Below are positions 1 to 9,029 of a stretch of 64,000 nt of DNA, in pieces. The stretch's first letter is position 1. Each line of letters starts with the position of its first letter. The DNA is taken from contig JBKHIY010000003.1 of the NCBI GenBank assembly GCA_046538415.1, forward strand, positions 4,143 through 68,142. The letters run 5' to 3'. The translations under genes and the position numbers were made by a program. This DNA is from Candidatus Brocadiia bacterium. Its GTDB lineage: Bacteria > Planctomycetota > PUPC01 > DSUN01. The notes beneath the pieces were generated by a model. It did no database searches, was not told the DNA's origin, and saw nothing but the letters and a program-made list of their open reading frames with translations.

Positions 1-2
1 AG

Positions 3-875
3 CACACCGGCGGGTGGGACGCGGCTGAGACCTTCGACCCCATGTTCTGCTCCGTGCGTATCGCCAGGGCCCTGGGGGTCGAGCCGCCGGCGCGCCAGGA
101 GCACATCATCCGCTACACGGCGGGCCAGCCCCTTCAATCCGAGCCCGGGCAGCGAACCGCCTACTCGAACTTCGGCTACTGCCTGCTGGGGCGGATCATC
201 GAGGCCGCCTGCGGCCAGCCCTACGAGGCCGCGGTCCGCCAGCACGTCCTGGCCCCCCTGGGGATCGAGGACATGCGGATCGGGCGGACCCTGCTCGCAG
301 GCCGGGCGGAGGGCGAGGTGACCTACTGCGCCGGCGACGGCTCGAAGGGGCCGGCGGTCCTGGGGCCGGAGCTGGGCCAGCCCGTGCCCCGGCCCTACGG
401 GGCCTGGTACCTGGAGGGATTCGACTCCCACGGCGGGTGGATCGGGAGCGCGGTGGACCTGGTGCGGTTCGCCGCGGAATTCGACGAGCCGTCGCGCAGC
501 GTGCTGCTGGGGCCGGCGAGCGTGCGGCGGATGTTCGCCCCGCCCCCCGGCCCCCCGGGCCGGAAGCCCGACGGGAGCCCAGCGACGTGCTACTACGCCT
601 GCGGCTGGCGCGTGCGCCGCGTGGGCGAGGGGCTCAACGCCTGGCACATGGGGCGGATCAGCGGCACCGCGGCCCTGCTCGTCCGCCGGCACGACGGGCT
701 CGACTGGGCCGTGCTGTTCAACCGCGACGCGGGGCCGGGAGGCGAGTTCCTGGCCGAGGCCATCGACCCCCTGGTGCACCGCGCCGTGGACGCCGTGGAG
801 GAGTGGCCCGACGACGACCTTTTCCCCTGTTACGGGCTGCGCCCCGCGGGCGCGGGACCCAGCGAGGAGCCGTGA
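3..875 (+). CDS. Serine hydrolase, beta-lactamase class C/AmpC-like family (5' truncated by window edge)
   Basis: Frame open from the window start (HTGGWD). Motifs PG..TAYSNFGYCLLGRIIE, PLGI.DM, GGWIGSAVDLVRF and WHMG.ISGT are typical of the beta-lactamase-related family. Confidence 0.85.
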   Translation, partial: HTGGWDAAETFDPMFCSVRIARALGVEPPARQEHIIRYTAGQPLQSEPGQRTAYSNFGYCLLGRIIEAACGQPYEAAVRQHVLAPLGIEDMRIGRTLLAGRAEGEVTYCAGDGSKGPAVLGPELGQPVPRPYGAWYLEGFDSHGGWIGSAVDLVRFAAEFDEPSRSVLLGPASVRRMFAPPPGPPGRKPDGSPATCYYACGWRVRRVGEGLNAWHMGRISGTAALLVRRHDGLDWAVLFNRDAGPGGEFLAEAIDPLVHRAVDAVEEWPDDDLFPCYGLRPAGAGPSEEP

Positions 876-880
876 AGCCC

Positions 881-1336
881 ATGGGCAGCCTCCGAGTGCG
901 CGCCGCGGGGCCCGCCGAGGCCGATACCATCGCCGAGCTCCAGCTCCGCCTGTGCCGCGAAAGCGAGGGCGTCGAGCTCGACCCGGCCACCGTGCGGCAG
1001 GGCGTGCGAGCCGCCCTCGACGACCCCGCCAAGGGGCGATACTGGGTGGCCGAGGAGGGCGGCCGCATCGTGGGCTGCCTGCTCGCCGTGCCCGAATGGA
1101 GCGACTGGCGGAACGCCACCGTCCTCTGGATCCACTCGCTCTACGTGGTGCCCGAGGCGCGCCGCCGCGGGGCCTTCAAGGCCCTCTACGCCCATCTCAA
1201 GCGCCAGGTCGAGCGCTCGCCCCAGCTCGCCGGCCTGCGCCTCTACGTCGACAAGCGCAACCGCCAGGCCCAGAAGGCCTACGAAGCCCTGGGCATGAGC
1301 CGCGAGCACTACCACCTCTACGAGTGGCTCAAGTGA
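881..1336 (+). CDS. GNAT family N-acetyltransferase
   Basis: ATG at 881, just after the upstream stop. Acetyl-CoA motif LYVVPEARRRGAF and N..AQKAYEALG. Confidence 0.88.
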   Translation: MGSLRVRAAGPAEADTIAELQLRLCRESEGVELDPATVRQGVRAALDDPAKGRYWVAEEGGRIVGCLLAVPEWSDWRNATVLWIHSLYVVPEARRRGAFKALYAHLKRQVERSPQLAGLRLYVDKRNRQAQKAYEALGMSREHYHLYEWLK

Positions 1337-1365
1337 CCGGCGTGCGCGAGGATCGGGAAACGTGC

Positions 1366-1393
1366 TTGACAGGGCGGCGGGAAGCCGTAATGT
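1366..1393 (+). promoter_or_regulatory. Sigma70-type promoter for the 1459-8850 operon
   Basis: TTGACA (1366-1371), 16 nt spacer, TAATGT (1388-1393). Confidence 0.55.
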
Positions 1394-1458
1394 AGGGCGC
1401 GGGGGCGGATACCCGAGTGGCCCCGAGGGGCGGCCACTCTCGGGCTGGGGCCGGCGCC

Positions 1459-3153
1459 ATGACCCATCGGGGGCATAAACACCGGGCCTGGGCGGCGGCG
1501 CTGGCGTTGGCCGCGGCCGCCGCGCAGCCCGCATCGCTCGCCTCACCCCTTCCGCAGCTTACTCCTGGCAAGACCACGCGTGCGGAGGTCCGCCAGCGGC
1601 TGGGCGAGCCCGCCGAGGGGCGAGGCACGCCCGCCGAGACGTTCGCCGACGTGCGGCCCGGCCTGGCCGCGGTCACGGTGTCGTACAACGAGGACGACAT
1701 CGTGCGGTGGGCCCGGCTGCGGCTGGCCAAGCAGATGCCGCCCGACGTGGCGGCGCTGCTCTTCGATACCACGTGCAGCCCCGAGCTGCGGCCCGGCCAT
1801 CCGCTCGAGGGGGAAGGGGAGGGCACCACGCTATCCTATGCCGGCGACGGCGTGCACCTCTACGTCCGCGAAGGCGTCGTGCGGGAAGTCGTGCTGGCTG
1901 CCCTGGAGCGCCCGGTGCGAGGGTCTCGGGTGGCCAGCGAGGAGCCCCCTGCCGAGGAGCCCGGTCGCGAGGAGGCCACTGCACCCATCTCGCCGTCGGC
2001 CATGGTGCCTCTGCCGCCCGACCTGCGGCCGCCGCAGGAGGAGCGGGAGCCCGAGAGGCCTGAGCCGCCGGCCGTGGCGCCGCCGCCGTTGCCCGACGTG
2101 CCGGGGCCGCCGCAGCCGCGGCCTGAGCCCGTGACGCCCGGCCCCTCGCGCGAGCCCCCGGCGGAGGAGGTGGCGACCGCGGTGCTGCTCAGGCCTCTGC
2201 GCCTGGCGGCGGGCGAGCCCCCGGCGTTCCTGGGCTTCGTGGTGGGGAAATCGAGCCATCGGGAGGCGGTCGCGGCGCTGGGCGAGCCGCGCTTCGTGAG
2301 CCGCCGCGCCGGGGGCGGCGCCCTCGCCGTCCACGACGGCCGGCCACTGGGCCTGCACGCCCTGGTGCTGGTGTGCGACGCCGCGGGGGGGATCGAGGAG
2401 GTGGAGCTTCAGTTCGCGCGGCCCGTCGAGCGGGACGAGGTGGCTGGGGCTCTGGGCTTGGGCGCGCCGGACATGGTGTCGGAGGCGGCGGGCGCCGCGG
2501 TGGACAGCTACGCGGAAAAGGGCGTGGAGGTGACGGTCCGGGGCGACGAGGCGACAGGCCTCCGCCTGGCCCGCTCCCGCGTTCTGTCGGCCGAGGCCGA
2601 GGTCGTGGCGGCGCTTCCTGAGCCGGAGGAGTCTCCGCCGGCCCCGCCCGAGAAGTCGCCCCCGCTGCCGCCGCCAGAGCCGGAGCCCGCGCCTGAGCCC
2701 CGGCCAGAGCCGGAGCCGGAACCGGCACCGGAACCGGAGCGTTTCCCGCCGCTCCGCGCCCCGGGGGTCCAGGTGCGGCGGGTATGGTGCGAGCACGGGG
2801 TGCAGGTCGGTGGTCGGCTGGGCATGGCGGTCAAGGCCCAGATACGGGCCGCCGGGCTGCGGGACCAGGTGCTGCGGGTCTCGGTGCGGTTTCGCCATCT
2901 GGACGGCCGGCCCGTCCTGGCCGCGCGGGGGGCCCCGCGGGGCTGTGCCGACCCGCGGGGACGGCTGTGCGTCACGGGCTCGGACAGGGTGCTCTACGAC
3001 CGGGCGGGGTGGGAGGCCTTCCAGGTCTTCGTGCCCTACGGCGCCATCGCGCTGCCCCGGGGGCGGGAGCACCAGGTGGTGGTGATGTTCGGGGCGCGGT
3101 GCGGCCGCCAGGCCCACACCCGCGAGGCGGGGTGCAAGCTGCGCCTGCCGTGA
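1459..3153 (+). CDS. Exported protein with two SmpA/BamE-like repeats, Pro/Glu-rich linkers and a C-terminal beta-sandwich domain
   Basis: Signal peptide (HRAWAAALALAAAAAQPA). Two related motifs LTPGKTTRAEVRQRLGEP and FVVGKSSHREAVAALGEP. (EP)n linker at about 2640-2740. ATG 1459 preferred over GTG 1417. Confidence 0.65.
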   Translation: MTHRGHKHRAWAAALALAAAAAQPASLASPLPQLTPGKTTRAEVRQRLGEPAEGRGTPAETFADVRPGLAAVTVSYNEDDIVRWARLRLAKQMPPDVAALLFDTTCSPELRPGHPLEGEGEGTTLSYAGDGVHLYVREGVVREVVLAALERPVRGSRVASEEPPAEEPGREEATAPISPSAMVPLPPDLRPPQEEREPERPEPPAVAPPPLPDVPGPPQPRPEPVTPGPSREPPAEEVATAVLLRPLRLAAGEPPAFLGFVVGKSSHREAVAALGEPRFVSRRAGGGALAVHDGRPLGLHALVLVCDAAGGIEEVELQFARPVERDEVAGALGLGAPDMVSEAAGAAVDSYAEKGVEVTVRGDEATGLRLARSRVLSAEAEVVAALPEPEESPPAPPEKSPPLPPPEPEPAPEPRPEPEPEPAPEPERFPPLRAPGVQVRRVWCEHGVQVGGRLGMAVKAQIRAAGLRDQVLRVSVRFRHLDGRPVLAARGAPRGCADPRGRLCVTGSDRVLYDRAGWEAFQVFVPYGAIALPRGREHQVVVMFGARCGRQAHTREAGCKLRLP

Positions 3154-3186
3154 GCCCGCGGCGGGCGCCTCACGGGACGGAGAGAG

Positions 3187-6100
3187 ATGACCGGAATGGC
3201 CCGACGACCCCTGCTGCGGCTCGCGGCGGCGTGCGCCCTGCTGGGCGCCGCCTGCGCCCGGGCCGGCGAGCGCGACGAGGAGGAGCGCCCGCCCACCATG
3301 GCGCTCCCGCTCTACGGCCTCGTGAGCGCCGCCCTCGAGCATCCCACGCGCACCGAGCTGGAGCGGGCCGCCGCCCTGGCCGAGACCCTCAACAAGACGC
3401 CCGTCGAGCAGCTCACCACCGACGACGTGGTGAAGCTCTACACCGAAGTACCCTACCAGCTCGTCCAGGAGCTGGCCGAGCACGGCATCAGCGTGGACGG
3501 GCGGCGGGTCCAGCTCGCCCAGGACCAGGCGGTGCAGCTCGCCGTCCTCCGCGATGCCATGATCAACGCGGTCTACGAGGAAATGGCCCGCGACTACGGG
3601 ATGGAGTTCACCCGCCTGGACTTCGGCAACAAGCTCAGCGGGGTCAAAAGCGACGTGGACCACACGGCCTACGCCGAGGACTTCGCGAAGCTGGAAGCCC
3701 AGGGGGTGGACATCCGGGCGGAGTTCGAGCGCCGCTTCCAGGCCCGATGGCAGGTGGCCATGGAGGCCTGCGACATCTGCATCCACAGCGGCAAGAACAG
3801 CGTGCCCGACTGGCGAGGGACGGAGGACGTGGTGGCCTTCGACGCCCGCATGGTGGAGGTCCTGCGGGGCCTGGCCGGCACCCCCGACGCCTACGACACC
3901 GAAGGCTCGTGGCGGATGCAGGTCGAGCAGCGCAGCGTCAAGGGCGCCGAGGCCGCCCAGGAGGCCTTCGAGCGCCTCCGCAACTTCGAGCGCGAGGTGG
4001 AAGGCGCCGACCTCACCCCCGACCAGCAGGCCGAGCTGGCTCGCCTGCGCCAGGACGCGGAGGGCAAGAACCCCTGCACCAGCTTCAAGCCCGACGGCCA
4101 GGGCGGCGTCCAGCTCAGCCGCGACGTCCATATCCTCCGCCACCTCTTCCAGGGGGTGAACACCGATGTCCTGCGGATGTACGCCTTCGACGCCGCGGTG
4201 AGCAACTACCTCTTCCACCTCCACTACGACGACAAGACGGTCCACACCAAGTACGTCCTCCGCTCCTTCGAGGAGGGGGTGAGCCTGCTGCGGCCCCTCC
4301 CCGCCGACGAGGGCCTCAAGCCCGTCGACTACATGAGGCTGAGCCCCGAGCAGCGCGACGCGCTCATCCGAGAGCTCTATCCCGACACCATCGAGCCCCT
4401 GCCCGGCCGGCCCCAGACCGCGGCCAAGGGCTTCAACCAGCTTCAGCGCAAACAGGTGCGCCTGGTGCTCGACGTCGCCGCCGCACTCCGCCAGAACCAC
4501 AAGCTGCCCCCCGAGAAGCAGCGGCCGGCCAGCGAAATCTGGCGGCCCCTCATGGACCACCTGCGCCAGCGCAGCAAGGCCAAGCACATCGCCGACGACG
4601 ACCTGATGCGAGCCGCCAAGCTCGAGTACAACCGCGCCTCCACCGAAGTCCTGGCCTGGAACAACTATCGCACCGCACGGGTCCGATACGTGGCCTGGCT
4701 GGAGCCCAAGCTGCTCAACGAGATGGACGTGCAGCTGCTGGGCAAGGTCGCTCCCGGCGTCACCCGGGAGAAGCTCCAGCACTCCGCCTTCTACGCCCTC
4801 AAGCGGGCCTTCGCCTACCTGCCCGAGGCCCACGTCAAGCGGATCATCGACGACGCCCCCCAGCGCTACCGCCGCGACCTGGAGACCCTGCGGGGCATCG
4901 TCCGCACCGAGATCGCTCGGTACGGCAGGATCAATCTCGACCCCGCCACCCGCAAGAGCATCCGCCAGCGCCTCGCCGAGGCCGCCGACGGCGTGAAGCG
5001 AACCTGGGCGCGGAAATACGACGACTTCTGGCACGCCGTGCGCAACCAGCACTACACCGACGAGGCCATCACCAAGCGGGTGTGGGACGAGGTGTACGAC
5101 TTCGCCGGCTACGAGAAGAAAATCGTCTACGACGACTTCAACGCCGATGCCCCCCGCTTGGTCGAACGCTGGAGCGCCTCGAAGGCCCTGGGCAACCTGG
5201 TGACCTCGGGCAACATCTCCTCCGCCCTCCAGGTGCTCCAGGTCTACCAGAAGGGCGGCTCCCGTTCCGAGGTCATCGCCGCCATCGTGTGGGAAGGGAT
5301 GTGCAACATCCCCGGCGTGGTGCACCTGGTGGCCCTCCGCGACGCCACCCACGGGCACTGGGGCGGGGTGCACTTCGTGCTCAGCAGCGCGGCATGCAAC
5401 GCCATCCGCAAGTACGCCGTGGAGCAGGGCATCGGCTGGGCGGCGCCCTTTGGGGCCAACATCCTGATCTACTTCACCATCGCCAAGACCGCCGTCCAGA
5501 TCATCGGCTACGAGGTCTTCGAGCCCCTCACCAACGACGCCGCCGACATGATGTACACCGGGCGGATCGGGCCGCCCGAGCCGCCCGAGGAGTTCACCGA
5601 CGACGACCAGACCCGCCTCGACTCCCTGGAGCGCCTCCTGGCCGACAAGCGGGAGCGGCTGATCCAGCCCGACCTCGCCCTGGACAGCCCCGAGGGCCGC
5701 AAGCTCATCGACGAGATGCGAGGCCTGGTGCGCAGCGCCCGCGAACTCAAGGCCAAGAAAACGGCCTGGGAGCAGTACCAGGAAGCCGCCCAACGCTGGC
5801 GGGCCGGCATCCTCCGCGCCGGGTGGACGGAGGCCCGCGAGGCCCAGACCTTCCACCCCATCCTCGGCCCGGACATCGAGCTCCAATTCTTCGTCGGCTC
5901 CCTCGACGGCGACAAGGGCGGGCCGGTGGACCTGAGGCCGAAGCCGCTGAACGCCGAGGAACTCGACCAGCTCGATTCCCTGTGCCGAAAGCTCGAAGGC
6001 CTGCGCACCGAGAGCCAGGGCCTCGCCCTGCCCCAGCGCATCGACCAGGTAGCCCGGCTCATGGACCAGATCGACACCCTCCGCGAACGCCACGCCGCCG

Positions 6101-7737
6101 GCCAGCGCGCCCGGCGCTACCTGGAGAAGATCCGCAGCGACCGCACGTGGGCCATCGAGGCCCGACGCCAGAACCTCTTCCGCCACCTCGACCCCCTGGT
6201 CCGCAAGCACATGGAGGCCGGCGGCCAGCCGCCCGAGAGCCAGGTGCCCCAGATGAGCGAAGCCCAGTCCGAGGCCTACTTCGGGGCCAAGGAGCAAGCG
6301 GCGGGCAAGGTGGTCGACCGATACGTCCACCAGTGGTTCGACCGCGAGCACCCCCAGACGCGCAGCCTCGCCGTGCACAAGGAGGCCCTGAAGCGCATCG
6401 TGCCCAGGATGCTGGCCGACTACCGGGCCTCCGAGAAGCTCACCCAGGACCTCCAGGAGTACTTCTGGGCCCAGGAGGAGGCCCGGCGGGCCCGCTTCGA
6501 GCAGCGCCGCCAGTTCCTCCGCACCCACGCCGCCAAGCAGGGGGTGAACGGCTTCCTCGAGCAGGGCCGCGAGGCGGCCGCCGACTACGGCCTGCTCGTG
6601 GCCACGCGGCGCACGCCGCACATGAAGCCCATCATCCGCCTCCAGGGCGTGGTCCGCGAGGAGGGCGAGGGGGAGGCGCAGCGGCGGATCCACTTCCGCG
6701 TCAAGGTCATCGCCTCCCCCATGCAGTATCCGCCGCCCTACCGCGTGGTCCTGAGGGCCAAGGGAGCGGGGGAAGCCGCCGGCGGGGCCAAGAAGCGCAC
6801 CCTCCTGGCCGACGTGCTGGACGCCAAGGGCAGCCGCGTGGGCACCGTCGAAGTGCCCGTGGTGCTCGAGAAGTTCGCCGAAAAGCAGCAGGTTGCCGAG
6901 GCCCACGAGTGGGTCCTGCCGCCCAAGCTGCTCGTCTCGCACAGCGACCGGCGCAGCGAGTGCTTCATCCGGGCCTCCCTGGCCGGCGCCCCGGTGGGCC
7001 ACCATCGCCTGGCGGTCGCCGTGGGGGGTCAGAGCTACACCCTCTTCGGCCAGTGCGAACGCCGGGGAAGCGTGGCCAACTTCGCCGGCACCGTGCCGCT
7101 GCCCAATGGCCCCGCCAAGATCACCCTGTCGATGCCCGGCGTGCCCCCGGAGTCCTTCACCGTCGAGCGCAAGCCCTACGTGCCGAAGCCGGGCAAGCTG
7201 GAGGCCGCCCAGAAGCGAGTCGCCGAGGCCAGGAAGAGCCTTGCGGAGGCGGACGAGGCGTTCAAGGCCCGCTGGGCCCTGGCGTTCGCCTGGGCCTGCG
7301 GCGGCCTCGCCACCGAGTATCGAGGCCGTGGCCAGTACGCCGAGGCCGTCGCCGTGCTGGGGGAGGGCCTGGACGCCCTTCCGCCGCCGGGCAGCAAGCA
7401 GTGCACCCATAGCAGCGAGCAGTGGCGCCGCAGCGCCCTGCACAGCAGCATCGACGCCGCCTGGCGGGCCGGCGACCTGGGGGCCCTGATGGCCGCTACG
7501 CGCCGCGCCATCGACACGCACAAGGCATCGGCCCGGTTCCGCCCCACGGGCCGCGAGAACCCCAAGGCCTACCTCGACCACGTCATCTCCACCATCGATT
7601 CGGCACTGCCCAAGATACTCTCGCTCGGGGGAGCGGCCCAAGCCAAAGCCCTGTGGGCGGAGAAGAAGAAGGCCGAGGCCGAGAAAAGCGGCCCCGACCC
7701 CGTGCCCGAGCCCCATCCCCAATGGGGGCCGGACTAG
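3187..7737 (+). CDS. Large exported multidomain protein (1516 aa) with N-terminal nucleotidyltransferase-like motif
   Basis: Strong GC3 codon bias. Signal peptide RRPLLRLAAACALLGAACARA. Motif DFG-x7-SDVD plus a downstream D-I-C strand. Central hydrophobic helices, coiled coil, then beta-rich and TPR-like C-terminus. Function is inferred. Confidence 0.7.
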   Translation: MTGMARRPLLRLAAACALLGAACARAGERDEEERPPTMALPLYGLVSAALEHPTRTELERAAALAETLNKTPVEQLTTDDVVKLYTEVPYQLVQELAEHGISVDGRRVQLAQDQAVQLAVLRDAMINAVYEEMARDYGMEFTRLDFGNKLSGVKSDVDHTAYAEDFAKLEAQGVDIRAEFERRFQARWQVAMEACDICIHSGKNSVPDWRGTEDVVAFDARMVEVLRGLAGTPDAYDTEGSWRMQVEQRSVKGAEAAQEAFERLRNFEREVEGADLTPDQQAELARLRQDAEGKNPCTSFKPDGQGGVQLSRDVHILRHLFQGVNTDVLRMYAFDAAVSNYLFHLHYDDKTVHTKYVLRSFEEGVSLLRPLPADEGLKPVDYMRLSPEQRDALIRELYPDTIEPLPGRPQTAAKGFNQLQRKQVRLVLDVAAALRQNHKLPPEKQRPASEIWRPLMDHLRQRSKAKHIADDDLMRAAKLEYNRASTEVLAWNNYRTARVRYVAWLEPKLLNEMDVQLLGKVAPGVTREKLQHSAFYALKRAFAYLPEAHVKRIIDDAPQRYRRDLETLRGIVRTEIARYGRINLDPATRKSIRQRLAEAADGVKRTWARKYDDFWHAVRNQHYTDEAITKRVWDEVYDFAGYEKKIVYDDFNADAPRLVERWSASKALGNLVTSGNISSALQVLQVYQKGGSRSEVIAAIVWEGMCNIPGVVHLVALRDATHGHWGGVHFVLSSAACNAIRKYAVEQGIGWAAPFGANILIYFTIAKTAVQIIGYEVFEPLTNDAADMMYTGRIGPPEPPEEFTDDDQTRLDSLERLLADKRERLIQPDLALDSPEGRKLIDEMRGLVRSARELKAKKTAWEQYQEAAQRWRAGILRAGWTEAREAQTFHPILGPDIELQFFVGSLDGDKGGPVDLRPKPLNAEELDQLDSLCRKLEGLRTESQGLALPQRIDQVARLMDQIDTLRERHAAGQRARRYLEKIRSDRTWAIEARRQNLFRHLDPLVRKHMEAGGQPPESQVPQMSEAQSEAYFGAKEQAAGKVVDRYVHQWFDREHPQTRSLAVHKEALKRIVPRMLADYRASEKLTQDLQEYFWAQEEARRARFEQRRQFLRTHAAKQGVNGFLEQGREAAADYGLLVATRRTPHMKPIIRLQGVVREEGEGEAQRRIHFRVKVIASPMQYPPPYRVVLRAKGAGEAAGGAKKRTLLADVLDAKGSRVGTVEVPVVLEKFAEKQQVAEAHEWVLPPKLLVSHSDRRSECFIRASLAGAPVGHHRLAVAVGGQSYTLFGQCERRGSVANFAGTVPLPNGPAKITLSMPGVPPESFTVERKPYVPKPGKLEAAQKRVAEARKSLAEADEAFKARWALAFAWACGGLATEYRGRGQYAEAVAVLGEGLDALPPPGSKQCTHSSEQWRRSALHSSIDAAWRAGDLGALMAATRRAIDTHKASARFRPTGRENPKAYLDHVISTIDSALPKILSLGGAAQAKALWAEKKKAEAEKSGPDPVPEPHPQWGPD

Positions 7738-7758
7738 GCCCAGGCGAGGAGCCCGAGG

Positions 7759-8850
7759 ATGAAGCGCTCCGTCCTGTTGCCCGCTCTCGCGCTGCTCGCC
7801 CTGGCGCCCGGCACGGCGCCGGCCGGCGGCCTGCTGGGCGCCGGGGACAAGCCCAAGCCCGTGACCCTCCGCTTCGTAACCCCGGAGAAGGGGCAGACCC
7901 TCAGCGGCCCGTTCGTCTTCCGGGTCCTGCTCAATGGCGGCCCGCCCGAGCCGCTCACCGTGCTGGTCAAGTGCTTCGGCGTCACCCACCACTTCCACAT
8001 CCCGGAGCGGATGTCGCTGCTGGGCGAGTTCCCCGACCAGGACCTCGAGGACGAGCTCTTCCCCGCCGCCCCCGGGCGCCACACCCTCGCCGTGTCGGTG
8101 TGGGCCAGGGACCGGGCCGACGCCCTGTTCGAGGCCGAGCTGGACTTCGAGCTCGAGAAGCCGGAGTCCATCGAGGAGGAGCTGGACGAGGTGCGCAAGG
8201 AGCTAGGGTACGCCTGGAAGCGGGTGGAGGACGGGCGGAAGAACGTGTGGCTGTGCGCCCGGTGGGTGCGCAACGGCTCCTCGCCGCCGGAGAAAAACCA
8301 GCAGGCCGCCGAGGGTCTCTACCGCGTGCGGGTGGAGGAGTTCTTCCGCCGCATCCAGGCCTACGTCAGGGTGGCGGAGATCTACGAGGGCAGCTTCCAG
8401 CCCGACCGTGCCCTCCGCGCCCTCAAGCTCGCCGAGGAGATCTTCGAGACCGAACGCGAAGAGGTCGGCGTCCACCCCGCCGGCGCCCGTGAGCCCTCGC
8501 TCTACGCCCCCGAGGACGTCTGCGAGCCGCCGGCCCATTTCGAGGGATTCGCCCGCTACTACACCCGCCGGGGCGATATCGAGGAAGCTATCCGCTTCCG
8601 CACGAAGATCGTCGCCTGGTACGAGGACCAGGCGGGCCGCGACGACCTCCCCGAGGACAAGCGCAAGCGCTGTCTGTGGCTCGCCGGCAGAGCCTACGGG
8701 GCAATGGGCCAGGCCTACATCCGCCTGCGCAACGACCTCGCCCGCTACGAGGAGTGCCTGGAGAAGGCCGAGAAGCTCCAGGGCCAGGGCTCCGCGCCGC
8801 GCCTCGAACGCCCGCTTGCCCCCCGCACCTACCGCCGCCAGCCGCAATAG
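7759..8850 (+). CDS. Exported hypothetical protein, Ig-like N-terminal domain plus TPR-like helical C-terminus
   Basis: RBS GAGGA. Signal peptide MKRSVLLPALALLALAPGTAPA. Beta pattern LRFVTPEKGQTLSG...GRHTLAVSV, then amphipathic helical repeats. Confidence 0.65.
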   Translation: MKRSVLLPALALLALAPGTAPAGGLLGAGDKPKPVTLRFVTPEKGQTLSGPFVFRVLLNGGPPEPLTVLVKCFGVTHHFHIPERMSLLGEFPDQDLEDELFPAAPGRHTLAVSVWARDRADALFEAELDFELEKPESIEEELDEVRKELGYAWKRVEDGRKNVWLCARWVRNGSSPPEKNQQAAEGLYRVRVEEFFRRIQAYVRVAEIYEGSFQPDRALRALKLAEEIFETEREEVGVHPAGAREPSLYAPEDVCEPPAHFEGFARYYTRRGDIEEAIRFRTKIVAWYEDQAGRDDLPEDKRKRCLWLAGRAYGAMGQAYIRLRNDLARYEECLEKAEKLQGQGSAPRLERPLAPRTYRRQPQ

Positions 8851-9029
8851 CTCGCTCGCCACGTGGCAGGCTTGCGATCCGCATCCCAGCGGACGCCGGC
8901 CGAAGAGAACCCGAACCGGGCTCTCGGGAGCCGCCGCAAGCGCCGGTCCATGGAAGGGGAACTCGCGAGCACAGAGGCACGCACAGCCCGAAGCCCCTGG
9001 CCGTGCCTATCGTGCGACTACCCGCGGTG

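Noticed and set aside
1831-8082. 2083 aa minus-strand ORF and other long antisense or alternate-frame ORFs (e.g. 2784-7412, 10524-12956, 20569-23139, 45226-49020, 61519-63963)
   Set aside because: They shadow genes with recognisable motifs. Strong GC3 bias removes stop codons from the antisense frame, and the translations are repetitive in V/G/L/H or R/P/G with no motifs or RBS.
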